Assembly (NCBI GenBank): GCA_905182445.1
Contig: CAJJBM010000012.1
Span: forward strand, 1-45,023
From: Pelagibacteraceae bacterium AG-422-B15
GTDB taxonomy: Bacteria; Pseudomonadota; Alphaproteobacteria; Pelagibacterales; AG-422-B15
Direction of reading: 5' to 3'
DNA length: 45,023 nucleotides
In this document: positions 9,553-20,123 of the stretch, in pieces
Numbering within the stretch: the first letter of the stretch is position 1
Layout: every line of letters begins with the position of its first letter
The notes under the pieces: generated by a model
Database searches by the model: none
What the model saw: the letters and a program-made list of their open reading frames with translations, nothing else
Told to the model about the DNA's origin: nothing
Made by a program: the position numbers and the translations under genes

Positions 9553-9700
9553 TCTTACCTTGCAAATTTTCTAATTTTTTCTCTTTTTTTAATAAACTTA
9601 AATAATTATATAAAAATAAAACTATTAAACTTATCAAGGTGAAACTGTATGCTAACCATACGTATTCCCCATAACCATTCATATAAAATATTTCACTCAT
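9542..9700 (-). CDS. ccmD: heme exporter protein CcmD, 52 aa (not in ORF track)
   Basis: Manual translation MSEIFYMNGYGEYVWLAYSFTLISLIVLFLYNYLSLLKKEKKLENLQGKNEQ. GY..YVW.AY motif, one TM helix, basic tail. TAATG overlap with the ccmC stop; also overlaps the ccmE start. Confidence 0.92.
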   Translation of the reverse strand: MSEIFYMNGYGEYVWLAYSFTLISLIVLFLYNYLSLLKKEKKLENLQGKNEQ

Positions 9701-10401
9701 TACTTGCTTACTCTCAGAATTTTTTGATCCAAGGTTTCAATTTTATATCTCATCAAAAATACAGTTACTAAAAATAATATATAAGCAAATGTCATCAGCA
9801 TTAATGGAGTGAGCATTGAGATATGAATACTTGGTGCAGAAAGTTTAGAAATAGTTGCAGGTTGATGAAGAGTATTCCACCAATCAACCGAAAATTTTAT
9901 TATTGGAATATTTATAAAACCAATAATACCCAGTGCTGCTGATATTTTTGCAGCAAGATCCTTATTTGCAATTGTTTGCCATGTCATTATATACGCCACA
10001 TAAAGAAAAAATAAAATTAACATAGATGTTAACCTTGCATCCCATGCCCACCATGTTCCCCAAGTTGGCTTTCCCCAAATACTGCCTGTCACTAATGCAA
10101 TTAATGTAAACAGTGCTCCAATTGGTGCAATTGACTTCGCAAACAAATTAAAAATTGGATTTCTAAAAATAAACCAGGCGATACAAGAAAGTGCTAAAAA
10201 AGAATAAGAGCTAAGAGCCAACCAGGCCGCTGGTACATGTACGTACATAATTCGCATAGAATCACCTTGCAAATAATCTGGTGGAGAATTCAAAATGGCA
10301 TAATATAAACCAAGTATGAAGGCTATTAATGTGGCGATATTAAAAATTGGCAATCTCCTTCTGAGTGAATCAATTATTCCATTGGGTAACTTGATATACA
10401 T
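9700..10401 (-). CDS. ccmC: heme ABC transporter permease CcmC
   Basis: RIMYVHVP, WGKPTWGTWWAWDARLTS (WWD domain), WWNTLHQ. Confidence 0.98.
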   Translation of the reverse strand: MYIKLPNGIIDSLRRRLPIFNIATLIAFILGLYYAILNSPPDYLQGDSMRIMYVHVPAAWLALSSYSFLALSCIAWFIFRNPIFNLFAKSIAPIGALFTLIALVTGSIWGKPTWGTWWAWDARLTSMLILFFLYVAYIMTWQTIANKDLAAKISAALGIIGFINIPIIKFSVDWWNTLHQPATISKLSAPSIHISMLTPLMLMTFAYILFLVTVFLMRYKIETLDQKILRVSK

Positions 10402-10432
10402 ATAAATTTTCTATCAGCTTATATTAAAATTA

Positions 10433-11068
10433 CTACTCAGCATAAAGACGCAGACTATAAGTGCTCGTAAATAGTGAGAAAATAAAGGCAATTAGTGATA
10501 AACCTAATAGAACTAAGCCAGATTCCTGATTGGCGCCAAATATAATAAATGGAATATATAATGGAATAATAATAATAGTTTTATATATATCAGCTCTTTT
10601 GCTTCCTAAGGTTAACGCACTAATAGCTGCTCCAATAAAAACCATACCTGGTGAACCAGCAAATACATTTATTATAATGTTTAGTATATCTTGCATATTT
10701 ACTTCGAATAATAACCCTGCAATCGGAATAACCATAATTATAGGAATGCAGTTTGCGATCCAATGTGAAATGAATTTACAGCAGACAATTAACTCTAGTG
10801 GTTGCTGAGTTAGAATAATTGTATCTAAATTTCCATCTTCATAATCAGATGTAAATACTCTATCAAGAGTTAATAAAATTGATAGAGCGATTGAAATCCA
10901 AATAAAACCTGTAAATAGAATTGAGAATTCACTTATATTTGTTCCAAATACAAATGGTATTAAAATTAAGATTAAGATTAAAAAGCTAGCGGCAAATAGA
11001 AAATTTGTATTTGAATAAAATGCTAGTTTAAGATCTCTACTGATTAAATTATAAAACTGCATAATCAT
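10433..11068 (-). CDS. ccmB: heme exporter permease CcmB (start may be 11062)
   Basis: LDRVFTSDYEDGNLD, polytopic membrane protein, operon position. Confidence 0.93.
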   Translation of the reverse strand: MIMQFYNLISRDLKLAFYSNTNFLFAASFLILILILIPFVFGTNISEFSILFTGFIWISIALSILLTLDRVFTSDYEDGNLDTIILTQQPLELIVCCKFISHWIANCIPIIMVIPIAGLLFEVNMQDILNIIINVFAGSPGMVFIGAAISALTLGSKRADIYKTIIIIPLYIPFIIFGANQESGLVLLGLSLIAFIFSLFTSTYSLRLYAE

Positions 11069-11669
11069 CCATATTTATTAAGAGATCATATTTTAAATCA
11101 ATATCGTTGTTTGAAGAGTAAAGAGTAATTCCTTCACTTTGATTATGTTGCAAAATTATATTCTCTAATAATTTTATCTTATTTGTATCAAGAAAAACAA
11201 GTGGCTCATCTAATAGCCACACTTTAGCTTTTGATATTAATAGTCTAAATAAAGAGATAAGTTTTTTTTGACCATCCGATAATGAATCAATATCTTTATT
11301 TAATAGCATTTTAATATCTAATAAGTCTAATATTTCACTTACATTATTTTTTGTATGATAAATCAATTGCCACAGCTCTATATTTTGTTGAACTGTTAAG
11401 TTTTCTTTTAAAGAATTTTTTTGACCAACAAATCTAAAGTCAGATAATAGTTCTGTATTTACTTGCAAATCATTATCATTAAATAAGATGCTACCATTAT
11501 ACTTACTTATATATCCCGCTATCGTTCTCAATAAGCTAGTTTTACCTGAGCCATTTTTACCACGGATAAGCATTGTTTGATTTGATTCAACATCACATGA
11601 AAGTCTTTTAAAAATTATTTTATCTTCTCTGACACATTCTAAGTTCTGGATTATTAGTTTATTACTCAT
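11049..11669 (-). CDS. ccmA: heme ABC exporter ATPase CcmA (ATG at 11669 preferred over TTG at 11681)
   Basis: Walker A GKNGSGKT, LSDGQ signature, WLLDEP. First gene of the ccm operon. Confidence 0.92.
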   Translation of the reverse strand: MSNKLIIQNLECVREDKIIFKRLSCDVESNQTMLIRGKNGSGKTSLLRTIAGYISKYNGSILFNDNDLQVNTELLSDFRFVGQKNSLKENLTVQQNIELWQLIYHTKNNVSEILDLLDIKMLLNKDIDSLSDGQKKLISLFRLLISKAKVWLLDEPLVFLDTNKIKLLENIILQHNQSEGITLYSSNNDIDLKYDLLINMDDYAVL

Positions 11670-11750
11670 ATTATTGGTCAAATAAGTTTAATATTTTTTT
11701 CATTGATTGCAGGTCAAATTAGTCCTATTAATACAACGAGTAAAGGATGT

Positions 11751-14444
11751 ATGCACGATAGTTATAAAACAAAAAAAACCCTTAAAATTGGCAAAAAAAC
11801 GTATGTTTTTAATAGCCTTAAATTAGCTGAAAAAAATGGTCTTAAGAATATATCCTCTCTACCTTTTTCTATAAAAATTCTACTTGAAAATCTAATAAGA
11901 AATGAAGATGGGGTTACAGTTACATCTAAAGATATAAAAACATTTAGCAAATGGAAAAAAGATAAGAGGATAGATCTTGAAATAAACTTTCGCCCAGCAA
12001 GAGTTTTAATGCAAGATTTTACAGGTGTTCCAGCTGTAGTTGACTTAGCAGCCATGCGAGCTGCAATGAGAGTTTTAAAAAGTGATCCAAAGAAAATTAA
12101 TCCCTTAACGCCCGTTGATCTGGTTATAGATCATTCGGTAATGGTAGATAAAGCAGGTAATGCTGGAGCATATAAGGCTAACGTTGAATTAGAATATAAA
12201 AGAAATATAGAGCGTTATGAATTTTTAAGATGGGGACAAAAATCATTTGATAATTTTAGAGTTGTTCCACCCGGTATAGGCATATGTCATCAAGTGAACT
12301 TAGAAAATTTAGCCCGAACAGTTTGGTCTGATAAAAAAAAGATTGATGGTAGAGTAGTCAATTTAGCTTATCCAGATACTGTTGTTGGAACTGATAGTCA
12401 TACGACTATGATCAATGGTTTGTCAGTTTTAGGCTGGGGTGTTGGAGGAATTGAAGCTGAAGCTGCAATGTTAGGACAGCCAATATCAATGGTAGTACCT
12501 GAAGTTGTTGGATTTGAAATTGTTGGAAAACTAAAGGAAGGCACAACAGCGACTGACTTGGTCTTAACCATTACGGAAATTTTAAGAAAAAAAGGTGTTG
12601 TAAGTAAGTTTATTGAATTCTTTGGTAGCGGTTTAAAAGATTTGCCAGTTGCTGATAGAGCTACTATTGCAAACATGGCACCAGAATATGGAGCAACTTG
12701 TGGAATATTTCCAATTGATAAGGAAACTATTAAGTTTTTAGAATCGACTGGACGACCTAAGGATGAAATTGCTCTAACCAAAAAGTATGCAATGGAACAG
12801 GGTATGTGGGAAACTCATACTAAAAAAAATACAATAATTTATACAACAAAAATAAAATTAGATTTATCTACAATTGTTCCTTGTTTGTCTGGACCAAAAA
12901 GACCTCAAGATAAAATTGAATTGCCAGATGTTGCTAAGTCTTTTGATAATAGTCTTGATGTTGATTTTCAAACAGCATCTAAATCTAAGATAAGTAAAGT
13001 TAAAAATAAAAACTACAGCATAGATCATGGCCATGTTGCTATTGCCGCAATTACTAGCTGTACAAATACTTCCAATCCAAGTGTCATGATAGGTGCAGGA
13101 TTATTGGCTAAAAAAGCATATAAATTAGGTCTTCGAAAAAAACCATGGGTTAAAACATCTCTGGCTCCAGGCTCAAAAGTAGTAACTGATTATCTAGTTA
13201 AATCAGGAACACAGAAATATTTAAATTATTTAGGCTTTCAGCTTGTTGGTTTTGGCTGCACAACTTGTATTGGTAATTCTGGTCCACTTGATGAGGATAT
13301 TTCTAAAACAATTTCAGCAAACGATCTTATTGTAAGTGGAGTATTGTCTGGAAATAGAAATTTTGAAGGTCGAATTAATCCACATGTTAAAGCAAACTAC
13401 CTAGCATCACCTCCATTGGTCGTAGCTTATGCATTGGCCGGAAGTACAAAGATAAATATTACTAAAGATCCTATTGGTGAAAATAAAAATGGCAAAAAAA
13501 TATACTTAAAAGACATCTGGCCAACATCAAAAGAAATAAAAGAAATGATGAGTAAAACTATTAACTCTAAACTTTATATTAATAGATATAAAAATGTTTT
13601 TGCAGGAGATGCTAAATGGAAAAATGTTAAAGCATCAACTGGTCTTACATATAAATGGAATAAAAAATCTACTTATGTTCAACACCCTCCATATTTTGAA
13701 AATATGCAACTTGAAGGTGGGAATATTAAAAATGTTATAGATGCAAATATCTTGGGTGTTTTTGGAGATTCTGTAACTACGGATCATATTAGTCCAGCAG
13801 GTTCAATTAAGGCAGATGGCCCAGCTGGTGATTACTTAAGAAGTAAATCTGTTAAAGTTCATGAATTCAATTCATTTGGTGCGCGCCGTGGTAATCACGA
13901 AATTATGATGCGTGGAACTTTCTCTAATATTCGTATTAAAAATGAAATGCTTGATGGAATAGAGGGTGGATACACTTGTCATTACCCTTCTAAAAAACAA
14001 ATGTCTATTTTTGATGCTTCAATGAAATATCAAAAAGCTAAAAAGTCTCTAGTTATATTTTCCGGCAAAGATTATGGAATGGGTTCTTCAAGAGATTGGG
14101 CTGCAAAAGGGACAAATCTTCTTGGTGTAAAAGCAGTTATAGCAGAATCTTATGAACGAATTCATAGATCAAATCTTGTTGGAATGGGTGTATTACCATT
14201 GCAGTTTATTAAGGGAGAAGACCGAAAAAGCTTGAAGCTAACAGGTGCTGAAATTGTTTCTATTACTGGCTTAGATGGGGACATATCTCCAAATATGCAA
14301 CTACCAATGTCTATCAAGTATGCTTCAGGTAAAACTGTCCTAACTAAAGTGAATTGTCTAATTAAGACAGTAAACGAAGTTGAATATTTACAAACTGGTG
14401 GAATACTTCAGTACGTTCTAAAAAATTTAGCTGAGTCTGCTTAA
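11751..14444 (+). CDS. acnA: aconitate hydratase A (start corrected to ATG 11751)
   Basis: MQDFTGVP, DLVIDHS, GICHQVNLE, DSHTT, SCTNTSNP, GCTTCIGNSG, GSSRDWAAKG. AAAGGA SD before 11751. Confidence 0.98.
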   Translation: MHDSYKTKKTLKIGKKTYVFNSLKLAEKNGLKNISSLPFSIKILLENLIRNEDGVTVTSKDIKTFSKWKKDKRIDLEINFRPARVLMQDFTGVPAVVDLAAMRAAMRVLKSDPKKINPLTPVDLVIDHSVMVDKAGNAGAYKANVELEYKRNIERYEFLRWGQKSFDNFRVVPPGIGICHQVNLENLARTVWSDKKKIDGRVVNLAYPDTVVGTDSHTTMINGLSVLGWGVGGIEAEAAMLGQPISMVVPEVVGFEIVGKLKEGTTATDLVLTITEILRKKGVVSKFIEFFGSGLKDLPVADRATIANMAPEYGATCGIFPIDKETIKFLESTGRPKDEIALTKKYAMEQGMWETHTKKNTIIYTTKIKLDLSTIVPCLSGPKRPQDKIELPDVAKSFDNSLDVDFQTASKSKISKVKNKNYSIDHGHVAIAAITSCTNTSNPSVMIGAGLLAKKAYKLGLRKKPWVKTSLAPGSKVVTDYLVKSGTQKYLNYLGFQLVGFGCTTCIGNSGPLDEDISKTISANDLIVSGVLSGNRNFEGRINPHVKANYLASPPLVVAYALAGSTKINITKDPIGENKNGKKIYLKDIWPTSKEIKEMMSKTINSKLYINRYKNVFAGDAKWKNVKASTGLTYKWNKKSTYVQHPPYFENMQLEGGNIKNVIDANILGVFGDSVTTDHISPAGSIKADGPAGDYLRSKSVKVHEFNSFGARRGNHEIMMRGTFSNIRIKNEMLDGIEGGYTCHYPSKKQMSIFDASMKYQKAKKSLVIFSGKDYGMGSSRDWAAKGTNLLGVKAVIAESYERIHRSNLVGMGVLPLQFIKGEDRKSLKLTGAEIVSITGLDGDISPNMQLPMSIKYASGKTVLTKVNCLIKTVNEVEYLQTGGILQYVLKNLAESA

Positions 14445-14446
14445 AT

Positions 14447-16333
14447 TTAACTAATCGAAGCAGAGATAGTATCAATCAATTTCTTAGAAAAGCTAACTGG
14501 ATCAGATGGTTTTTCTCCATCAAGTATCATAGATTGTTCATATAAAAGAATACCTATATTTTCAATATCACCAATAGAAGCTTTATCTTTAGACATCTTA
14601 GCTAACTTTTTAATCAGTTTATGATCAGGATTAATTTCTAATATCTTTAGAGATGCACCTTGCTGAAGCTGATTATGTTGTTGCAATATTTTCTCTAACT
14701 GTGGATCCATTGCAGACTCATCTACGACTAAACATACAGGACTTTCTGTAAGTCTTGAAGAAGTTCTTACATCCTTAACTTTATCTTTTAATTTATCTTT
14801 TAGTAAAATGATTAGTGGCTCTAGCGACTTATCTTCTTTTTTATCTTTGTCGTCAGTTTTTTTCTTACTAATTGAGTCAAGATCATCAACACCTTTTGTA
14901 ACTGATTTAATATTTTTTTCCTTATAATTTGGAGTTGAAGATGTCCAAAAACTATCAACAGCATCATCAAGGATTAAAACATTAACGCCTCTAGATTTGT
15001 AGCCTTCTAAACTAGGATTATTGATAACATTGTCATACTTATCTCCTGTTATGAAATAGATATCTTTTTGTTTCTTACCCATTGTTTCAATATATTCATC
15101 TAATGTAATAAGTTTTGTAGAATTAGAATTTTTAAATAAAGCTATCTCTAGTAATGTATCTTTTTTTTCAGCATCTTCATAAATACCCTCTTTAATTACA
15201 GGACCAAAATTGGACCAAAACTCTTCATATGCCGATCTATCGTTTGCTAATTTTTTCTTTAAGTCACCAATGGTTCGTCTAACAAGAGCATTCCTAATTT
15301 TTTTAACAACTGGATTATTTTGAAGCATTTCACGACTAATATTTAGTGGTAGGTCCTCAGAATCAATTACCCCTCTCAAAAATCTTAAGTATGGAGGAAT
15401 TAGCTCAGGACAATTATCGGTAATAAAAACTTTTTTTACATACAATTTAAGTCTATTTTCACGCGCAGGGTCGTATAGATCAAAGGGCTTGGTAGATGGA
15501 ATAAAGTTTAAAACTGTATATTCAATTTGGCCTTCAGCTTTATAGTGAGACGTTAACCATGGATCATCATACATTTGACCTACATGATTATAAAACTCCT
15601 TGTATTGTTCTTTAGTAATTTTATTTTTTGGACGTGTCCAAAGTGCTAAAGCAGAATTAATTGCTTCAGGCTTTTCATCTACTTTATCTTTAATGTCTCT
15701 AACAAATATAGGAATGCTAATATGATCAGAATATTTTCTAATAATTTCTTCAATTCTTATTTTCTCTAGGTATTCTTTACCCTCTTTAGTAATTGATAGA
15801 ATAACTTTTGTACCTCGGTTGGAATTAAGTAGCTCTAAATCATCCGACTCTTCAATTGTAAAATTACTTTCTCCATCAGATTTCCATATCCATATTTTTT
15901 TGTCGCCGGCTTTTCGAGTAATTACTTTTAAGTCAGAAGCCACCATAAATGCTGAATAAAAACCAACACCAAATTGTCCTATTAGTGAAAGGTCTTTAGT
16001 TTCAGTTGCTTCTTTAATAAATTGTGCAGTTCCTGATCTTGCAATAGTTCCCAAGTTATTAACAAGGTCATCTCTATCCATTCCAATGCCATTATCAGTA
16101 ATTGTTATTAGACTTTCTTTTTTATCGATTTCAATTTGAATTTTTAAATCCGGATCAGATTGTAAAAGTTTTTCTTTTGTAGTTGCTAGATATCGCAACT
16201 TATCACATGCATCAGATGCATTTGATACAAGCTCTCTAACAAATACTTCTTTTTCTGAGTATACTGAATTAATCATCAACTTTAAGAGTTGACTGACTTC
16301 AGTTTGAAATTCTAATTTTTCTGATTTTGCCAT
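14447..16333 (-). CDS. htpG: chaperone HtpG (Hsp90)
   Basis: RELVSNASDA, DNGIGM, NLGTIARSGT, IGQFGVGFYSAF, LPLNISREMLQ. Confidence 0.98.
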   Translation of the reverse strand: MAKSEKLEFQTEVSQLLKLMINSVYSEKEVFVRELVSNASDACDKLRYLATTKEKLLQSDPDLKIQIEIDKKESLITITDNGIGMDRDDLVNNLGTIARSGTAQFIKEATETKDLSLIGQFGVGFYSAFMVASDLKVITRKAGDKKIWIWKSDGESNFTIEESDDLELLNSNRGTKVILSITKEGKEYLEKIRIEEIIRKYSDHISIPIFVRDIKDKVDEKPEAINSALALWTRPKNKITKEQYKEFYNHVGQMYDDPWLTSHYKAEGQIEYTVLNFIPSTKPFDLYDPARENRLKLYVKKVFITDNCPELIPPYLRFLRGVIDSEDLPLNISREMLQNNPVVKKIRNALVRRTIGDLKKKLANDRSAYEEFWSNFGPVIKEGIYEDAEKKDTLLEIALFKNSNSTKLITLDEYIETMGKKQKDIYFITGDKYDNVINNPSLEGYKSRGVNVLILDDAVDSFWTSSTPNYKEKNIKSVTKGVDDLDSISKKKTDDKDKKEDKSLEPLIILLKDKLKDKVKDVRTSSRLTESPVCLVVDESAMDPQLEKILQQHNQLQQGASLKILEINPDHKLIKKLAKMSKDKASIGDIENIGILLYEQSMILDGEKPSDPVSFSKKLIDTISASIS

Positions 16334-16358
16334 AGTTATTATTTAAATGTTAAATTGA

Positions 16359-16387
16359 TATATTGGAATTATTACTAATATTTCAAG
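16359..16387 (-). promoter_or_regulatory. RpoH (sigma32)-type heat-shock promoter upstream of htpG
   Basis: Minus strand CTTGAA, 15 bp spacer, CCAATAT. Close to the RpoH consensus and upstream of a classical heat-shock gene. Confidence 0.65.
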
Positions 16388-16463
16388 TCTTTTATCATAA
16401 AAAAAATACATTAATCACTATTTTTACTATTTTTTTTGAGCAAATATTAGTTATTATAAAAAC

Positions 16464-16838
16464 ATGGTAGTTAGATATTTAGATAATCAAATTAATAACC
16501 CTCAAGCTAATCATAATTCAAATCAAACATTTGTTTCTCAAACATTTTTTAATAGAAGTGAGCTAAATCAGATTTTATCTATATATGGCAAAAAAGTGAG
16601 TGAAGGTAAATGGAAAGATTACGCGATTGACCATCTAGAAAATTCTGCAATTTTTTCTTTTTTTAGAAATACATTTGAAAGTGCTGCCCTGAAGATTATT
16701 AAACACAAACGTACTTCAAAATCTAAATTAAAATATCATTTAGTGAGCGCATCTGGCTCAGACATAAAGCGCAGTAATGAGATAGATTTAATTATTAAAT
16801 ATCTAAATAATTCAAATCTAGAGGTCATAAAGAAATAG
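16464..16838 (+). CDS. DUF2794 family protein
   Basis: FNRSELNQILSIYGKKVSEGKWKDYAID..AIFS.FR. This family usually lies near acnA and BI-1 in alphaproteobacteria. Confidence 0.88.
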   Translation: MVVRYLDNQINNPQANHNSNQTFVSQTFFNRSELNQILSIYGKKVSEGKWKDYAIDHLENSAIFSFFRNTFESAALKIIKHKRTSKSKLKYHLVSASGSDIKRSNEIDLIIKYLNNSNLEVIKK

Positions 16839-16864
16839 AGCCTCTTAAAAAAAGAGACTCTATT
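16834..16864 (-). terminator. hairpin terminator between convergent DUF2794 and BI-1 genes
   Basis: aatagag-c-ctctt / aagag-a-ctctatt. The C/A mismatch becomes a U-G pair on the minus-strand RNA, which favours termination of the BI-1 transcript. Confidence 0.65.
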
Positions 16865-16882
16865 AGAAATTATTTTTTTTGA

Positions 16883-17623
16883 TTATCTTCTTTGACCAAA
16901 AAGTCTTAGTAACATTATAAATAGATTTATAAAATCTAAGTACAATGTTAATGCGCCCATGATTGCTTTCTTTGAAGAAGATTCAGCGCTATCATAAGCG
17001 TTATACATATTCTTAATTTTCTGCGTATCATAAGCTGTTAAGCCTACAAAAATTAGTACACCTAAAATTGAGATTGCAAAATATAGAGCTGGAGATTGCA
17101 TAAACATATTTACAATAGATGCAATTATAATTCCAATTAGACCCATCATTAAAAATGAACCCATTCCAGTTAAATCTCTTTTAGTTGTATATCCATAAAT
17201 ACTCATGGCACCAAAAGTTGATGCTGTAATAAAAAATACTCTAGCAATACTTGCGCCAGTATATTGTAAGAAAATTGTTGAAAGTGACAGTCCCATTAAA
17301 ACTGCAAACACCCAAAAAAGTGTTTGTGCTCTCGATGCTGACATATTTCTAATACCAAAGCTCATATACAAGACAACTCCTAATGGAGCAAACATAAGCA
17401 AAAATATGATTGGCGACTGATATATAGCACTGCCTGCCATTGTTGCCATTACATTTAAATTACCTGAGTAATCATAAACTGCGGTATAGCTAAAGAGCAT
17501 ATAAGAAATTAAACCTGTTACTCCTAAGCCGCCTGCCATAAAGTTATAAACTCTAAGCATATAATCTCTAAGTCCAGCATCTACAGTTGATGTGGCTTGA
17601 GCACTTTTATTTTGATATTCCAT
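16883..17623 (-). CDS. Bax inhibitor-1/YccA family membrane protein
   Basis: DAGLRDYMLRVYNFM, YGYTTKRDL, AYDTQKIK, ALTLYLDFINLF. Confidence 0.95.
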   Translation of the reverse strand: MEYQNKSAQATSTVDAGLRDYMLRVYNFMAGGLGVTGLISYMLFSYTAVYDYSGNLNVMATMAGSAIYQSPIIFLLMFAPLGVVLYMSFGIRNMSASRAQTLFWVFAVLMGLSLSTIFLQYTGASIARVFFITASTFGAMSIYGYTTKRDLTGMGSFLMMGLIGIIIASIVNMFMQSPALYFAISILGVLIFVGLTAYDTQKIKNMYNAYDSAESSSKKAIMGALTLYLDFINLFIMLLRLFGQRR

Positions 17624-17749
17624 TTAATACAGTTCCTCTTTGAATTTTTTACTATAATAATACATAATGTTTAATTAGATCAATACAAGTCGTCTGCATT
17701 AAACATTTTAAATATTAAATATATATATATCAGTAAGTTAGGGTGAATT

Positions 17750-18775
17750 ATGGATAAGGTTTTAGTTACAGGAGCTTCGGGATACATTGCACTTCATTGC
17801 ATTCTGGAGTTACTAAAAAATGGGTTTGCTGTTCGAGGTTCATTAAGAACGCCAAATAGAGAAACTCAAGTTAGAGATGCAATAGCAGCAGAAATAGATG
17901 CTAAAAATAATTTAGAATTTTGTCAGCTAGATTTACTTAAAGATGAGGGCTGGGAAGAGGCTATGATTGGTTGCAAGTACGTACTACACATTGCGTCACC
18001 TTTCCCTTTTAATGAGCCTAAAGATGAAAATGATTTAATTGTTCCTGCAAGAGAAGGAACCTTAAGAGCTCTTAAAGCAGCAAAAAAAAATGGAGTTAAA
18101 AGAGTGGTGTTAACATCCTCTGTAGCTGCAATTGCTTATGGTCATGGAACTTATGACAATAAACTTGGAGCTGATGATTGGACGGATATTAATGGACCTG
18201 GAATAACTCCTTATATTAAAAGTAAAACGATTGCTGAAAAAGCTGCCTGGGATTTTATTAATAACCAAGAAGGTGATTTATTAGAAATGTCGGTTATTAA
18301 CCCTGCATTTGTAATGGGCCCCTCACTCAGTAATGATATTGAAGGCACTTCAACGGATACATTTGTGAAGTTATTAACTAATCAAATTCCTGCGTGTCCA
18401 AATGTATACTTTAATTATGTTGATGTAAGAGATGTTGCAAGAAATCATGTTGCTGCAATGACGAATAAAGATGCAAATGGAAAACGATTTCCATGTACGT
18501 CAAATGAATCTGTGCATATGGTTGAGTTTGCTAAGATATTAAATAAAAATGGGTATCCTAAAGTTACTACAAAAACACTACCTGATATTATTGTAAAATT
18601 TCTAGCGTTATTCAGTTCAGAAATGAAATCTATAAAATCTTTTTTAAATAAAAAAACTCTATTGGATAATAGTCAAACGAAAGAAGTTTTATTGTGGCAA
18701 CCAATTCCAATGGAGCAAACTGTAATTGAAATGGGGCAGTCTATTAAAAATTATCTTAACCAAAGAAAGAAGTAG
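17750..18775 (+). CDS. extended SDR aldehyde reductase (NAD-dependent epimerase/dehydratase, dihydroflavonol-reductase-like)
   Basis: VTGASGYIA, VLHIASP, TSSVAA, YIKSKTIAEKAAW, VDVRDVA. Confidence 0.9.
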   Translation: MDKVLVTGASGYIALHCILELLKNGFAVRGSLRTPNRETQVRDAIAAEIDAKNNLEFCQLDLLKDEGWEEAMIGCKYVLHIASPFPFNEPKDENDLIVPAREGTLRALKAAKKNGVKRVVLTSSVAAIAYGHGTYDNKLGADDWTDINGPGITPYIKSKTIAEKAAWDFINNQEGDLLEMSVINPAFVMGPSLSNDIEGTSTDTFVKLLTNQIPACPNVYFNYVDVRDVARNHVAAMTNKDANGKRFPCTSNESVHMVEFAKILNKNGYPKVTTKTLPDIIVKFLALFSSEMKSIKSFLNKKTLLDNSQTKEVLLWQPIPMEQTVIEMGQSIKNYLNQRKK

Positions 18776-18777
18776 AA

Positions 18778-19836
18778 ATGGAATATAGAAAATTAGGAAG
18801 AACTGACGTCAAGGTAAGCTCTATTTGTCTTGGCACTATGACATGGGGAGAACAAAATACGGAAGCTGAGGCACATGAGCAACTAGACTACTCTATAGAA
18901 AACGGTGTTAATTTTATTGATACTGCAGAATTATATGCCGTGCCAACAAAGGCAGAAACTCAAGGTTTAACTGAAGAACATATTGGCACTTGGTTTCAAG
19001 CAAGAAAAAATAGGGATAAGGTAATTTTAGCCTCAAAAGTTGCAGGTCGATCTGGCTTAAACTATCTGCGCGAGACCAAAGAAATGACACGGCTTAGCAA
19101 AGAACATATCCTTTATGCTGTCGATAAAAGTTTGCAACGGCTTAAAACTGATTACATAGACTTATATCAAGTACATTGGCCAGATCGTCCCTTTGGTGCT
19201 TTTAGTGGCAGACTTGAATATAGATATAATCCGGTTCCAGAGGATACTATTGATATTGAAGTCACATTAGAGGCCTTAGGAGAGCTTGTTAAGGCTGGAA
19301 AAATTAGACATATCGGTCTTTCCAACGAAACCCCTTGGGGCACAATGAAGTATCTAGAACTTTCTAAGTCTCATTCCTTACCGCGTGTAGTATCAATACA
19401 AAATGCATATAATTTAGTAAATAGGGCTTTTGAAGTTGGTTTATCAGAAATTACTAATCACGAAGATGTAGGCCTTTTGTCTTACTCACCACTAGGTCAA
19501 GGTATTTTAACTGGTAAATACTTGAATGGACAAATGCCCGAAGGTTCGCGCATGGCTCTTTTTGGCGATGGTCCTTTGGCATATAGATATAAAAGTGAAA
19601 GAACGAAACGTGCAACTGAAATGTATGTAGATATTGCAAAAAAATATGAAATAGATCCAGCACAAATGGCTATTCGTTTTTGTGACATTCAGCCTTTTAT
19701 GACTTCTACAATTATCGGCGCTACTAAAATGGATCAATTGAAAGCTTGTATTGATAGTGTCAATCTTGATTTAACCAAAGAAATTTTAAAAGAGATTGAT
19801 GCAGTCCATAGAGAGCTGCCCCATCCTGCACCATAA
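18778..19836 (+). CDS. NADP(H)-dependent aldo/keto reductase, Tas-like
   Basis: [41 protein letters not shown]. Confidence 0.93.
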   Translation: MEYRKLGRTDVKVSSICLGTMTWGEQNTEAEAHEQLDYSIENGVNFIDTAELYAVPTKAETQGLTEEHIGTWFQARKNRDKVILASKVAGRSGLNYLRETKEMTRLSKEHILYAVDKSLQRLKTDYIDLYQVHWPDRPFGAFSGRLEYRYNPVPEDTIDIEVTLEALGELVKAGKIRHIGLSNETPWGTMKYLELSKSHSLPRVVSIQNAYNLVNRAFEVGLSEITNHEDVGLLSYSPLGQGILTGKYLNGQMPEGSRMALFGDGPLAYRYKSERTKRATEMYVDIAKKYEIDPAQMAIRFCDIQPFMTSTIIGATKMDQLKACIDSVNLDLTKEILKEIDAVHRELPHPAP

Positions 19837-20117
19837 TGAATAAAAAATTGTCCATTACTGATCGAAATGCTGCACTTATAAAATTAAAAGATTGGAAATT
19901 AGTAAAAGGTAGAAATGCTATAACTAAAACTTTTCAATTTAAAAACTTTAATGCTGCTTTTAGTTGGATGACAGCTATGGCGTTACATGCTGAAAAATTA
20001 GATCATCACCCGGAATGGTTCAATGTTTATAATAAAGTTATTGTAACTTTATCTACACATGATGTGGAAGGTATATCTAAGCTAGATATTAAACTTGCAA
20101 CAATAATGAATAAATAA
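19836..20117 (+). CDS. phhB: 4a-hydroxytetrahydrobiopterin (pterin-4a-carbinolamine) dehydratase
   Basis: [25 protein letters not shown]. Confidence 0.95.
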   Translation: MNKKLSITDRNAALIKLKDWKLVKGRNAITKTFQFKNFNAAFSWMTAMALHAEKLDHHPEWFNVYNKVIVTLSTHDVEGISKLDIKLATIMNK

Positions 20118-20123
20118 AATTAT

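Noticed and set aside
11703-11750. ORF-track N-terminal extensions of acnA (also acs 38552, ccmA 11681, YCF48 29658)
   Set aside because: Downstream ATG starts fit the SD, signal peptide or typical N-termini better.
17719-17730. (AT)6 run as a phase-variable promoter repeat
   Set aside because: Short and expected by chance at this AT content.
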